This document shows positions 25,320 through 38,229 of a stretch of DNA of 64,000 nt, one piece after another (the first letter of the stretch is position 1; each line of letters starts with the position of its first letter). The notes beneath the pieces were generated by a model. It saw nothing but the letters and a program-made list of their open reading frames with translations, ran no database searches and was not told the origin of the DNA. Position numbers and translations under genes: made by a program. This stretch comes from Octopus vulgaris (lineage: Eukaryota), in contig OX597816.1 in assembly GCA_951406725.2 (NCBI GenBank), forward strand, positions 120,032,001 to 120,096,000, written 5' to 3'.

Positions 25320-27984
25320 CTAAATGATAAAAATAAAATAGGAAAATTTTTACTCAGAATTTTACTGATGTAACAATCTAAAAATAGTAAGTAAAATCCA
25401 TCTTTAAGGATTTTATGTTCAATTTTCATTTTCAGATTAATAACTGTGTCACCCTTAGCTCAATGTTTGACATTTATTGATTTGGATAGCATTAAGGAAA
25501 GGGAACTTCCAGCTGTAAGAATTAAGTGCTTCAAGCATTCATATAAAAAATTCATATTTTATGCTGTGATGGAAAAATTAATGAAACCAAAAAACAAACT
25601 AAAAAATAGTTTCCAATGAATTCAATTTGTGACCTGGTTTTGATAAATAGTCATAGCTATTTCACTTAAATCATGTCACTAAACACCCCACAGGAAAACA
25701 CAAATATCACAATGGTTAGTCATCCTAAAAGACATTGTGATAGAAATTTTGAGAAATATACTTAGAAAAACTTTGCACCTACACTAAATGAACTTACAGA
25801 TATTATTTCTTTTCTTGCAATAATAAATAAGAATTTTGATAATATAAAAAATTAATGCAACAGTAAATGTTTTCTGAATTAGAAACCAGCTGAAATTTGT
25901 CAAATGAATATAGTTTGTAACAACCCTTAATATTCTGAAACAAACCATAAAACAATTGCAATACATTATAAAATCATTCACATTGTCACCTGCATATGGA
26001 AAACACAGAAATTCAAAAATAACTTTTGTATCAACTGTTTCTTTAAATTTAGATTTTGTGGTGGCCTGTCTAAATTACAGTTGTCCTAGTTGGGTCTTTT
26101 TACTCATTCCTGCTTTAAAAAGGCATTAATTGTCCAGGAAACATCTAACTAGATTGGAATGCTTGCTATTTCACCTTTTGAGGAATGTTTAAGTCCCTAT
26201 GATCAGAAAATCCTTCTGTTGACATACATATACTGTATGAGAATTTCAACAGGCATTAGGTGTTGATGAAGACAGGTGCTGAAGCTATAGTATTCACAGT
26301 AATTTCTTATTAGTGATGTGTAGGCAAGTGCACATTCTTGCAGCTCACAGCTTTAAGTGATCTGCAATTCTAGGTCAAATTTAGGCTGAGATGGTTCCCT
26401 GGTATTTGGAACATTAGGCACTTAGTACACTTCGTGCAACAGAGTTGATGAAACATCTATCTTCACCTTCCATTCTGCTAAGTTAGTGAAAATGAGCAAC
26501 AACTGTCAAGAGAATTCTTTGGACATTGGAAAATATATACAGGACAACTTTATCCAGACCACTTTCAGACTATGGATATTTCCTTTGGACTGGCAAGTCT
26601 TTTAAGATGGCAATTTAGAATAAGCTATACAGGAATGGAAATATAATCAGCTAGATATGTCCATGATGAAAGGAGAACATTAAACCTGTCTGTTATGTAC
26701 TCATTTAAAGCCTATGAATTGCCTGTTCATGAGCTAATCTTGCATAGTAGATGGCTGTATGGTTAAAAAGTTCACTTTATAACCACAAAATTTCGAGTTT
26801 GATCCCACTGCATGGTACCAAGTGTCTTTTACGATAGCTTTGTATTAATGAATACCTTATGAGAGTATTTTGATAAATGAAAACTGCGTAGAAGTTTCGT
26901 GTATGTGTGTGTGTGTGTGTGTTTGTGTGTGTACACGTTTGTGTGTGTGCGTGTGCATGTGTGTTACACACACATATATATATAACACAATTAAGAATCT
27001 TTTTTATATGTATATGTATATATGAACATAAAACTGCTGAGCTTCATATGTTGATGCTAAATAGATTTAAAAAAAAAAAAAGAGAGACACCATGATGCAA
27101 AATACATAAATTTCCTTCAGGCAGTCTTTTTCTTCTTAGTGGCGCTTTTAAAAGAAGTAATGTAGTTGTTGAAACTGAAATAGTTGGGTTAAGATATCTT
27201 CTCTGACAAGAGCCTGTTTTCTATTGAAGGTTTTATCAGAGGTAAAAAACTTAACTGAATAAATTCCATTTATTTTTGTTTTTTTCTTCCTTTTATTTGA
27301 GAGATTTTGTATATATTATATATTTATTTATAAGGAAATTATTTTTCTGTTATTTATCATATGTAAACAGATTTCTGTGCTTTTCAATGTAACGTGGTTT
27401 CTGTTTTTTCATTTTGAATTTTATTTTTGTATCTTATTATGTTATTTTGTTGTCTGTTATAATAATGCTTAAATGTCCTCTCGATAATCTTGAAGCAATT
27501 GAAGAAAATATTTTTGTAATTATTGTGACTTCCTCAACCTTAGCTGCAGCTATATCTTCCATGTATTGACTCTACAATCCAAATCCATCTATATTGAGTC
27601 AATATCCAAGGTAAGTCAGAAGTTCCTCTAAATTTTAAATAACATATAAAGTTTTTTCTATATTTTGCAACGATATTGTTTATATATATTTTTAATAGTA
27701 ACTTTGTTATTTTGTTGTGAATATCTTTTGACATATATGTATGTGTGAGTGTGTATATATCAGCATGAACAAGAATGGAGAAAATCACATCTTTATTTGA
27801 TGCCTACACCATACATTATTGACAAATGTTTCTATTGTACCAGCATATATAGATATAGAAAAAGGGTACAAAATACGAGAAAAATCTACATGTCCAAAAA
27901 TTTATACTAATACGATTTTATCAAGGTAATGTGCAAAATTCAAAGTGAACTGAGATAATATCTCTAATACATGAATGCATCGTT

Positions 27985-28353
27985 GCACTCCGTCGGTTAC
28001 GATGAGGGTTCCAGTTGATCTGATCATTAGAACAGCCTACTTGTGAAATTAACGTGCAAGTGGTTGAGCACTTCACAGACACATGTACCCTTAACATAGT
28101 TCTCAGGGAGATTCAGCGTGATACAGAGTGTGACAAAGCTGGCCCTTTGAAATACAGGTACAACAGAAATAGGAAGAAAGCATGAGAGAAAGTTGTGGTG
28201 AAAGAGTACAGCAGGGTTTGCCACCTACCCCCTGTCAGAGTCTTGTGGAGCTTTAGGTGTTTTCACTCAATAGACACAGCACCCAGCCTGGGAATCGAAG
28301 CCGCGATCCTTCGACTGAGTTCACTGCCCTAACCACTGGGCCGTTGCGCCTCC
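27985..28353 (-). mobile_element. tRNA-derived SINE (family A head)
   Basis: Reverse complement ggaggcgcaacggcccagtggttagggcagtg...gcttcgattccc. Confidence 0.7.
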
Positions 28354-28381
28354 ACACATGAACACATACAAAAGGAATGTT

Positions 28382-28986
28382 AAGAAATATAGTATTGTAA
28401 GAAAAGCCAGTTTAATATTTAAACTTATGATGGTGTCAGTAGATGATGAAAGAATAGAATATAAACTTAGAAATTCTGCCATGACATTTAGTTATCCAGC
28501 TTTTAAGATATGCTATAATTAAAAAAAAAATATGCTTATTAGATTATAGGAAAAGCAATTATAATTATGATGTTATTTACTATTAAAATATTTAAATGTT
28601 CTTCTATAGTTATGGGAACATTTCAATGTAAGAATGTTTCTACAACTTAAAAATTTTAATTTTGAAATAATTATATAATACATTTTTGCTAGACAAAGAT
28701 CACATTTAAAATTACTTGTATCATTATGCTCCATTGTACAATATGGTAATTTCAAATGTGATCTTTGCCCAAAGAATTTAAATATTTCAAAAGTAAATAA
28801 CACCTTAATAATAATCGTTTTTCCTATAATCTAATAAATATAATTTTTCTAATTTTTTTAGACTATATTAATAGCAAGATAACTAAATGTCATGATGTAG
28901 AATATATTTTAAATTCTTTTGTTATCTACTGACATCCTTATAAGTTCAAATACTAAACTGGCTTTGCTTAGAATATTACATTTCTT
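28382..28986. repeat. Degenerate ~600-bp fold-back
   Basis: aaagccagttta/taaactggcttt, catgacatttagttatc/gataactaaatgtcatg, ttattagattataggaaaa/ttttcctataatctaataa, plus inner hairpin caaagatcacattt/aaatgtgatctttg. Confidence 0.85.
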
Positions 28987-28994
28987 CTTCAAAA

Positions 28995-29745
28995 TCGTTG
29001 ATGTGGCCAATGACAGTACCACCTGATTGGCACTCGTGCCAGTGGAACATTAAAAACACATCCGAACATGGGTGTAACCAGTCCACTTATGAGTACCATT
29101 CATTCATTGGACAATGAACTCTGCTTGTGAAGATCTATTGAGGCAAATGAAAACAAATCAAAATCTCTGACATGGGTGATGACAGTACTGCCTAATTGGC
29201 ACTTGTGCCAGTGGATTGTTAAAAGTACATTCGACCGTGATCGTTGCCAGGGACTTGGACTGGCTCCCGTGCCAGTGGCACATGAAAAGTACCATTCGAG
29301 TGTGATTGTTGCCAGCGTCGCCTTACCAGCACATATGCTGGTGGCACATGAAAAAACAACATTTACGCATGGTTACTGCCAGTGCTGCTGGACTGGCTCT
29401 CGTGCAAATAGCATGTAAAAATCATGGCATGTAAAAAGTACCATTCGAGCGTGGTCATTGCCAGTGCTGCCTGACTGGCTCCCATGCCAGTAGCACATAA
29501 AAAGCACCATTCAAGCGTGGTCAATGGCAGTACCACCTGACTGGCCCTCATGCCAGTGGCACATAAAAAGCACCCACTACAGTCTCAGAGTGGTTGGCGT
29601 TAGGAAGGGCATCCAGGTGTAGAAACTTTGCCAGATCAGATTGGAGCCTGGTGCAGCCTTCTGGCTTGCAGCCCTCAGTCAAACCATCCATCCCATGCCA
29701 ACATAGAAAGTGGACATTAAATGACAACGATGATGATGATGATGA
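28995..29745 (+). mobile_element. RTE-tail retroposon with tandem ~65-bp units
   Basis: Repeated gtgccagtggcac(a/g)taaaaagcacc units, followed by the shared tail and (GAT)n. Confidence 0.75.
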
Positions 29746-29769
29746 GATGCATATATATTTATATATATA

Positions 29770-30179
29770 TAAAAGAAGAAAAGAAAATGGAAATTAGGAA
29801 GTTAATAATTGTTTATTATTAACAACAAATTAGTCATCTTCACTTCTTACAGCTGTTTCAATGATCTAATTACAAATTTGTACATTAAATTTACATTTAT
29901 GTGACATGAGTATAATTTTATCAGAGGAAAAAAAATGAACCAGTGGATGTTATAGTCTACTGAAATGAATTGATAAGCCCACATATAACATCCACAGGTA
30001 CATCATTTTACCTCTGATGAAATTATACTCATGTCACATAAATGTAAATTTAATGTACAAATTTGTAATTAAATTATTGAGTATTAATTGAAACAGCTGT
30101 AAGAAGCAAAGATGAGCAATTTGTTAATAATAATAAACAATTATTAACTTTCTAATCTCCATTTTCTTTTCTTCTTTTA
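29770..30179. repeat. Fold-back inverted repeat, ~185-bp arms
   Basis: aaaagaagaaaagaaaatgg...gtggatgttata pairs with tataacatccac...ccattttcttttcttctttt. Confidence 0.92.
30008..30110 (+). ncRNA. Hammerhead-like motif within fold-back arm
   Basis: CTGATGA AATTATACTCA...TGAGTATTAATT GAAAC AGCT GTA; palindromic ACAGCTGT; helix I weak. Confidence 0.5.
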
Positions 30180-30407
30180 AATGGATATAAACTATATCCT
30201 TTATATATACCTATTATTTTAAGAGAATTTCATTCCCCCAAAATATTAGGTATTGAACCAGTATTTCCTTGGATGCAACCATCCCTTCATGAGGTTAACA
30301 TACCCACATACCCTCTAATTAAATTGCATATATATATATATATATAACAGGTTGAGAAGTGGACTTCTTAACTACACAGCCATATCTGCAATTTTTTTAC
30401 ATACATC

Positions 30408-30885
30408 CAAACAGTTGAAGGTATCAGGGGGAGAGGTAGACCCAGGAAGACATGGGATGAGGTAGTCAAGCATGACCTCAGAGCATTGGGCCTCACTGAG
30501 GCAATGGCGAAGGACCGAGATCTCTGGAGATATGCTGTGACTGCAAAGACCCGGGCTGCTTTCTGCAGCAATTCCACATACCCCCTACCCATTCAAAGTA
30601 CCCCGGATCCCCAAAGTACCCCGGACCCCGTTGCCCCCGTGCTGCTGGCACGTTAAAAGCTCGAACCGATCGTGACCGATGCCGGACCCCCCGGCCCCTG
30701 TGCAGGTGGCACGTAAAAAGCACCCACTCCACTCACGGAGTGGTTGGCGTTAGGAAGGGCATCCAGCCGTAGAAACTCTGCCAGATCAGACTGGAGCCTG
30801 GAGCGGCCCCTGGCTTCCCAGACCCCGGTCGAACCGTCCAACCCGTGCTAGCGCGGAAAACGGACATTAAACGATGATGATGATG
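30408..30885 (+). mobile_element. Young RTE 3' end/tail copy (CpG retained)
   Basis: gaggtagacccaggaagacatggg...ttggcgttaggaagggcatccagcc...aaacgatgatgatg. Confidence 0.75.
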
Positions 30886-31522
30886 TGTGTGTGTATTTAT
30901 GTATGTTAAATGGACTTTTGAATCACTCTGTATATAGAATCTGTTTAGTAAGGATAAAGTAATTTAATTTATTTTCAATAGTTTCCACTTTCTAGCTTGA
31001 ATTAGTACTTTTTTTATTGCAAACATTATTTTCTCTAATACTGCTACTACTACCAAGGCTACAGTTTGATAATTTCCTCTTCATACAGATTAGCAAGTAA
31101 TAAGCAAGCAAACAGAAAATACTTTTACAAAGACATTAAATGTCCAACATAGACTAGTTTTAAAGAGAAAATAAATGCAGCAGCTTATTTAATTAGGTAA
31201 CCTAATCTGGTATAATCTGCAAAGGTTGAATGTTATCATATGAGGAAACTGTACTTGAACTTTCTAAAATGAAGAAGAAGGCTATCTCACTGATCATATT
31301 TATGGCACTGCTGGAAATGGTAATAGTGAGAGTCTAGCTAGGTTAAGAAAGAGAAAAGGTTAGAAGGCATTTAGTGAGCAGTTACCTCTATTCATAAAAA
31401 AGTATTTCTATCTCTGAGGAAAAGGAAGACAAAATGAAGCATGTATTAAGAAACTGATGATGCTATTTAGTAATACTGAATGTGGAAGATCTGAAGAGAG
31501 TGTAGAGAAAGGAGATAAATAT

Positions 31523-31737
31523 TCTTTTCTATTCTAGGCACAAGACCCAAAATTTTTGTGGAAGGGGCCAGTTGATTAGATCGACCCCAGTATACAACTG
31601 ATACTTAATTTATCAACCCCGAAAGGATGAAAGGCAAAGTCAACCTTGGTCGAATTTGAACTCAGAACATAAAGACAGACGAAATACCACTAAGCATTTC
31701 ACCTGGCATGCTAATATTTCTGCGAGCTTGCCACCTT
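31523..31737 (-). mobile_element. SINE family C
   Basis: gaaaggatgaaaggcaaagtc...gaatttgaactcagaac on plus, the reverse complement of the family C core. Confidence 0.7.
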
Positions 31738-32199
31738 AAATGAAATAAATATTATCCATTGGATTAGTAACATTAACATATATGGTGGTCAGAAGTACAA
31801 GCAGACTGAGGGAGCATTTGAGTATTAACAATGTTAGCTGATATGTGTAGTTGAACATGAAAAGTGAATAGATGAAGAATGCTAGATAAAAGAAAAAAAA
31901 AAGAAAAAGTGTGGTGTTATGACAGTGAGAGGTAATTATCACAGAGGAAGACTGAGAAATACATAAGAAGAATCATCAGATTCAGATGATAATGCAGGAC
32001 TGAAATGCATCAGAATGTTAGCACTGAAAACCATTACAATAGCACTGCTGCTGCTGATCTCAAAAGTAACTCAGACAAAGAATTACTGAAATAATTCCAA
32101 ATGGGGGGGGGGGGGGCTAGAATCAAAAAGCTAACTAAAACCTTTATCTTTGTTAGAGTAAACCCAGCAAAGATAAACTGTTATCTGGAAAGCAGCCAT

Positions 32200-32850
32200 G
32201 CTTGATGTACAGAAAAGAAATTAGGAATGATATCATAGTGTACCCAATGTAAATTATGGGCCAACAGGAAATGCAGAGGAATCACATATAAGTTGGCAGA
32301 GAGGAACTTCATATGTTGTTGGTGTGCAGCAGTATTTAGAAGAGAACTCATAAAATAAATTGCTTCATTATCAGAGGTGTCCCCAGAAGTTGTTAACAGC
32401 TTTTGTTACCAAGGTGATCAAATTAGTAAAGGAGTGTATTTCAAATGCCTTGTAGCCAGAGTTAGAATGGGCAGAAAATGCTCAGGGAGCTGTTATCTCT
32501 GTTGGAAACATAGGGATTCTCTCCAAGTAAAGGGTAATATGTATGATGCATGTGTATAAAGTGTGATGTTGCATGATAGTGAAACAGGCATTGGATGTGG
32601 AAGATATATGAAAGTTGGATAGAAAAGAGGCATGCATGCTTTGCCGGGTGTGTAATGTTAGGGTGCAAGAATGACAGAGAGCACAAATGAGCTGAGATAA
32701 AAACTGGGAATATAAATGTGGTATGCTACAGAGAAAAGTGAGCTACTATGGATATACAATATATTGATAGGATGACAACTGGGAAAAAAAAATGCACATG
32801 ATATAAGAGGGAAACCGGAAAAGAATTAAGGAAGACAGGAAAAAGTATTG
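32200..32850 (+). mobile_element. Older degenerate RTE fragment
   Basis: Degenerate version of the same region (EVVNSFCYQGDQIS; VKGNMYDACV). Confidence 0.65.
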
Positions 32851-32864
32851 AAGGTAGAAACTCC

Positions 32865-34042
32865 ATAAGATGTACCCAGTGTAAGCTATGGACATATAAG
32901 GCATATCAAAGGAAGGTTAATTGGGAAGATAGTTTTTGTGTGGGGTAAATGCTCAGGAGCAGTAAACACTGAAAATGTGCAGAAAACAGTTTCTGTCACA
33001 TTCCAAGGGAAAAAACTACAAGTAGTTGATAGCTTCCGTTACCTAGGTGACCAAGTCAGTAGCGGGGGTGGATGCTCTGAAAGTGTAGCTGCCAGAATAA
33101 GAATAGCCTGGGCAAAGTTCAGAGAGCTCCTACCTCTGCTGGTGACAAAGGGCCTCTCACTCAGAGTAAAAGGTAGACTGTATCACACATGTGTGCAAAC
33201 AGCCATGCTACATGGTAGTGAAACATGGGCTGTGACTGCTGAGGACATGCGTAAGCTTGCAAGGAATAAAGCCAGTATGCTCCGCAAGATGTGTAATGTC
33301 AGTGTGCATACATGACAAATTGTAAGTGCCCTGAGAGAAAAGTTGGACATAAGACATATCAGATGTGGTGTGCAAGAGAGACGACTGTGCTGGTATGGTC
33401 ATGTGTTGCATATGGATGAGGACAGATGTATGAAAAAGTGTCACACCCTAGCAGTAGAGGGAACCTATGGAAGAGGTAGACCCAGGAAGACCTGGGACGA
33501 GGTGGTGAAGCACGACCTTTGAACATTGGGCCTCACCAAAGCGATGACAAGTGACCGAGACCTTTGGAGATATGCTGTGCTTGAGAAGACCTGGCAAGCC
33601 AAGTGAGACCATAACTGTGGCCTATGCCAATGTAGCATACTCGGCCTCTTTAAGAGTACTCTTCAATCATTGGGCAATAAACTGCGCTTGCGAAGACCTG
33701 TTGAGGCAAGTGAAATCGTTGTTGTGGTCAATGACAGTACTGCTTGATTGGCACCTGTGCCAGTGGCATGTTAAAAGCACCATTCAACCATTGCCAGTGC
33801 TGTCTGACTGGCTCCCATGCAGGAAGCACATAAAAGGCACCATTTCAGTGTGGCCGGTGGCATGTAAAAAGCACCCACTACACTCTTGGAGTGGTTGGCA
33901 TTAGGAAAGGCATCCGGCTGTAGAAACTTTGCCAGATCAGATTAGAGCCTGGTGCAACCTTCTGGCTTGCCAGCCCTCAGTCAAACTGTCCAACTCATGC
34001 CAGCATGGAAAGCGGATGCTAAACGATGATGATGATGATGAT
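32865..34042 (+). mobile_element. RTE-clade LINE 3' fragment with 3' UTR and (GAT)n tail
   Basis: VVDSFRYLG...RIRIAWAKFRELL...VKGRLY...MLHGSETW, then ggaagaggtagacccaggaag (GRGRPRK) and the shared tail. Confidence 0.85.
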
Positions 34043-34546
34043 GGATGTGCTGATACCTATTTTCTAAGCAGCTAAATTGAAGCAGAGTTAAGAACATAGT
34101 GATTTGTGACATAGAACAAGGTCAGAAAATTTGGCAGATGGTATAGAAGATTAGATGAACCTCTGCAGTCTTGAATAAATTATGTCTGAGAAAAAATATA
34201 AAAAGAAAGATGGAATGGTTATAACTGGAACACCTTTGACCATAGGTCTGCCAAATCAGAGCTGTTCTAGAGCTAAACAAAAACAGCACCTATTTATTTA
34301 TTTATGGTATCATGCAGAACTTTCTATAGATATGCAAGATGAAGTAATAAAGTAATAACTTTCTATAATCAATTCAGGAATAAGTCAGTAGACATTAAAG
34401 TGGCACTGTTATTGATATTTCTGCCAAAACCATCAATATTAAACCAATATGCTATCACTTTCTGTTACACAACAGTGATAGTGATGGTGTCAGCAAACAG
34501 TTAAGTTCAAATATTTGAAACAGATGTTTGAAAATAGTTCACTTAC

Positions 34547-34629
34547 CTTTTTAGGTTGCATTTCAACTTTCCACCGTAAAACGCGAGCAAAACCATGCTG
34601 TGGTCCATACTTCCAAGGTCCAAATTTAG
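34547..34629 (-). CDS. G6P 1-epimerase exon
   Basis: cttcag|...|gtaagt, 83 nt. (P)KFGPWKYGPQHGFARVLRWKVEMQPKK contains the QHGFAR motif. Phase matches the upstream exon. Confidence 0.93.
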
Positions 34630-36476
34630 CTGAAGATATCAAAATAATATTTTGGAATTTATAATGTGTAAATGAAATACATAAATGAAAAAAAATTCCA
34701 TTATATAAAAATAATCATCCTATTTGGACATGTGACCTAAGATTTATCAGCAATATGAAATAAAAACAAGATTATACAATGATTATTCTTGTTTTTAAAT
34801 GATGAATGAGAAAAACAATGGGCTTAGACAAAGTGCCTGTCATATATTTGATTTCTTAGGATTAAAGAGAAAGAAATCTATGGGTTTCCTTCTTCCCTGA
34901 CCTGAAAAACGACAAAAATACAATCCCTAGAACTCTTAGAAAACTGAAGCTAACGGAACCATGGCCTTCAAAACTACTTCTAATCTGAAAAGAGATATTA
35001 TTCTTAGAACATTTCCTGAAAAAAAAAGTCTCACAATGAGTGACAAAGACATGAAAATAATAACTGTTACAGGGAAATATGAACTTAATAGAAGCTTATA
35101 TTGTTTTGAAAGAACATCAATCAGGAACAAGTCAGCAGTCATTTGAGTAAACAATGACCTACATAGAGAAAAAAAAAAAAAGAAAGTGAGGTAGAACTAA
35201 AAACAATTATCAGAAGTTGACAGAATATGTCAGTAAAGTGAGTGATTTTTTAGGTATAACTCAACAAAGAAAATAATAATAGGGATGAAATTAATATGAA
35301 AGATATCTGAAACCAGATTAAGCAGTAAGAAAAGAATAATAGTGGCATGTGTTCTTAAAAGAATGTTCATTCATATTTAATAACCAATACAATTATATAG
35401 CATAGTAAAATGAGTTGAAAAATGTGGTTAACATTCTGAATACTAAAAAAAAAAAAAAAAAACCCAGAAAAACTTTGATTTCTAATAACAGAAGGATAAT
35501 ATTTTGTTCTGTTTACACTACTTTTTACATTCATTAGTATTAAAAAGATAATGAATAGCATTTTTGCACTATATAAGTATTTTATGCATGTGTGTGTGAT
35601 TGTTGTTTCTAATAAACAAGAGAAAAGAACCCAATTTAGAGTGCAAAGTATGGCAATATTTGGTTCAGCTATGTAATGATTCTTAATTTTGTGTTCACTG
35701 GCTCATTCAGAAAGCAGCTTGAGGTCATTATGCTGTCTAAACCACCACTACAACTGCCACTTCTGCCATTGTCATCAGCATCATCATCAAATAACAATCA
35801 CATATATATCAAGCAGTTCCAGAGGATGCTAATAGGCAACAACTACCCATTACCCTTTGCCAGAGACCAGATTCATAATATAACTCCACAGTATGTTAAC
35901 AATTCCAACAACAGCACTTACTTTTTAAAACTGTTGCAATCTGATAAACAATCTGTATGAGGGGATTGAAAATATAGCTGATCCACATTGGACTTTCACT
36001 GAGAAAATATCTGTCTGGCAACAATGTTTGCACATTAGCCAATTGCTTCATCAACGATTTGAACATAAGTTTATAGGCCTATATATCGCTTCATACAATT
36101 ACTAATAAATATGACAGATTTTTACATTGATAGTATAATTCTGAAACTGCACATTTGCATTATGCTAAAGTTTCCTCTTTCATGAAATATCTGTAGACAT
36201 GACATAATGAGAATATCATAGTCACAATGATAGACATAGAATGACATATCAGAAATATAAGGATCAAAGAAACTGTTCTGACTAATAAACTAAATCCATT
36301 CATTCACAACAGACATAAACTGAGCCAAACTGATTGATTGATTTGACATTATCAGTCTGTATATGCTGCATATCTTCTGCCATGATGTTAGCATTTGAAA
36401 AATAATTGCTTAGTTATTTTGATCTGTGCAAATGGAGTTTTTAAGCCTGAAATATTGAAAAACAGTGTACAAATGT

Positions 36477-36741
36477 AATTAGATTTTTATGTTTGATTGT
36501 TAAGGAGAGATGTTTTGGAGAAAGTTTAGCTGATTTAAATTGGCATTTTCTTTATTATTTAGATTTATTCTTGTATGTAGTACTTTATAAATAAAGTTAG
36601 AATTTATTCATATATATAGAACTTTGTTTACAAAGTTCTACGTATATGAATAAATTCTAAATAATAACATAAACTCAAAATAAACCAATTAAAATTTCTC
36701 CAAAACATCTCACCATAACAATCAAACATAAAACCCCAATT
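36477..36741. repeat. Fold-back inverted repeat
   Basis: ttttatgtttgattgtta/taacaatcaaacataaaa and gagatgttttggagaaa/tttctccaaaacatctc; centre tagaactttg-ttta-caaagttcta. Confidence 0.88.
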
Positions 36742-37164
36742 ACCACCCTACTCAGACCCACACACCCAAGGAATATTTCAACCTAACAGAGACTATATAA
36801 AATCAAGACTAACTTAAATGCATTGAAGTCTAATGATAGTTTAGCTGGCTGAAAGTTCAAAGTCACTCTTACAACAACATTCTTGTTTCAGAATAATAAA
36901 TTTGTACCCTACAAAAGTATTGAGTAACCCATCAGATTAATGTGAAATTGTTTTTCTTATAACTGAATATAAGGTGGCGACCTGGCAGAATTGTTGCACA
37001 TCAGGCAAAATGCTCAGCAGCATTTCATCTATCTTAATGTTCTGAGCTCAAATTACACCAAGCACTACTTTGCCTTTCATCCTTTTGGGCTCAATAAAAT
37101 AAGTACCTGGGCTCAATGGCCTTGTGGCAAAATTTGAAATCATTACAACTGAACATTAACATAC

Positions 37165-37315
37165 ACACACACACAGACAGACAGACAGACGGACGGACGG
37201 ACGGACGGACGGACGGACGGACGGACGGACGGACGGACGGACGGACGGACGGACGGAGTGAGTGAGTGAGTGAGTGAGTGAGTGAGTGAGTGAGTGAGTG
37301 AGTGATTGAGTGAGC
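37165..37315. repeat. Compound microsatellite (CA)n(CAGA)n(CGGA)n(GAGT)n
   Basis: Direct reading. Confidence 0.95.
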
Positions 37316-37648
37316 GAATGATATACGAAGATATAAAGAGGGTGAGAGTTATATGTGTATGATATCGAAAAGATAATATAATAGTTTAAATCAAACCTGC
37401 CAGTTACAATACATGAGAAAATAGAAAAGAATCCATATACATAAATTTAGTTCTAGCATTTTATATTTACTTGTAATGCATAAATTTGATATATGGCACT
37501 GGGAATATAGGCATTCAAAGTTAAGTCAACAATGATTTGAAATAAAGTTCCATAACTGTATCAAAAGAATGAAAAGTGAATTACATTGTAACCAAGTGAT
37601 TCAACTGATATTGTAACTCAGAGTAATGGTTAATCTGGCTCTGATTGC

Positions 37649-37679
<31 letters not shown>

Positions 37680-37685
37680 CATACA

Positions 37686-38205
37686 CTAGCAGAAATACCC
37701 GGCATTGCCTGAGTTAAAGGGAATAATGAAATTTAAAAACACTGTCTAGATTATGCAGGTTTCGACTGCTAGTAGCTGAGATACCAACTTTCTACATTAA
37801 TAACTCTCCAACCCATGGCAGCATGGAACATAGCCATTAAGTGAAATGTTAAAAGAAAGTTTTCAACTCAAATGTGTATATAAAGTAAATACATATAATT
37901 CAAAAACATGTTTTGTGTAGCTTATTTTGTAACCAAACAAACAGATACAGATTATAAACAAGGAAAGGCTGATTTTGGTGATCCTTTGCCAGAGGTAGTA
38001 GAAAGCTAATCCGATGATAAATCTGAGCTTGGTTCTTGAAAGTTTGCATGAATCCTGGCTCAGTTAAATCTCTTGTGGCTCCAAATGATGTCATCTGTAG
38101 TACAGCATTGTATTGTGTAATTTTGTCTTGGAAGTGCTTGGAATCTTGGTCAGTTGATGACAACAGTTTCTTCAATGGCTCTGTGCAGGTGTCTCTCCAG
38201 GCCAC
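37686..38205 (-). mobile_element. Helitron 3' end with Rep-region coding remnant
   Basis: CTAG at 37686-37689 with degenerate hairpin. ORF 37900-38205 reads HFQDKITQYNAVLQMTSFGA...FKNQAQIYHRISFLLP, resembling the Helitron Rep/helicase YNxxFxMTSFG...GQxYH motif. Confidence 0.8.
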
Positions 38206-38229
38206 TTCCTTGCCTTACACAGTATGCAC

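Noticed and set aside
26050-26720. GC-richer stretch considered as a Penelope RT/GIY-YIG remnant
   Set aside because: No diagnostic motif could be read in the frames examined.
29020-29580. Regularly spaced repeats resembling a CRISPR array
   Set aside because: The intervening sequences are homologous to each other, the array sits in a retroposon tail, the DNA is eukaryotic and there are no cas genes.
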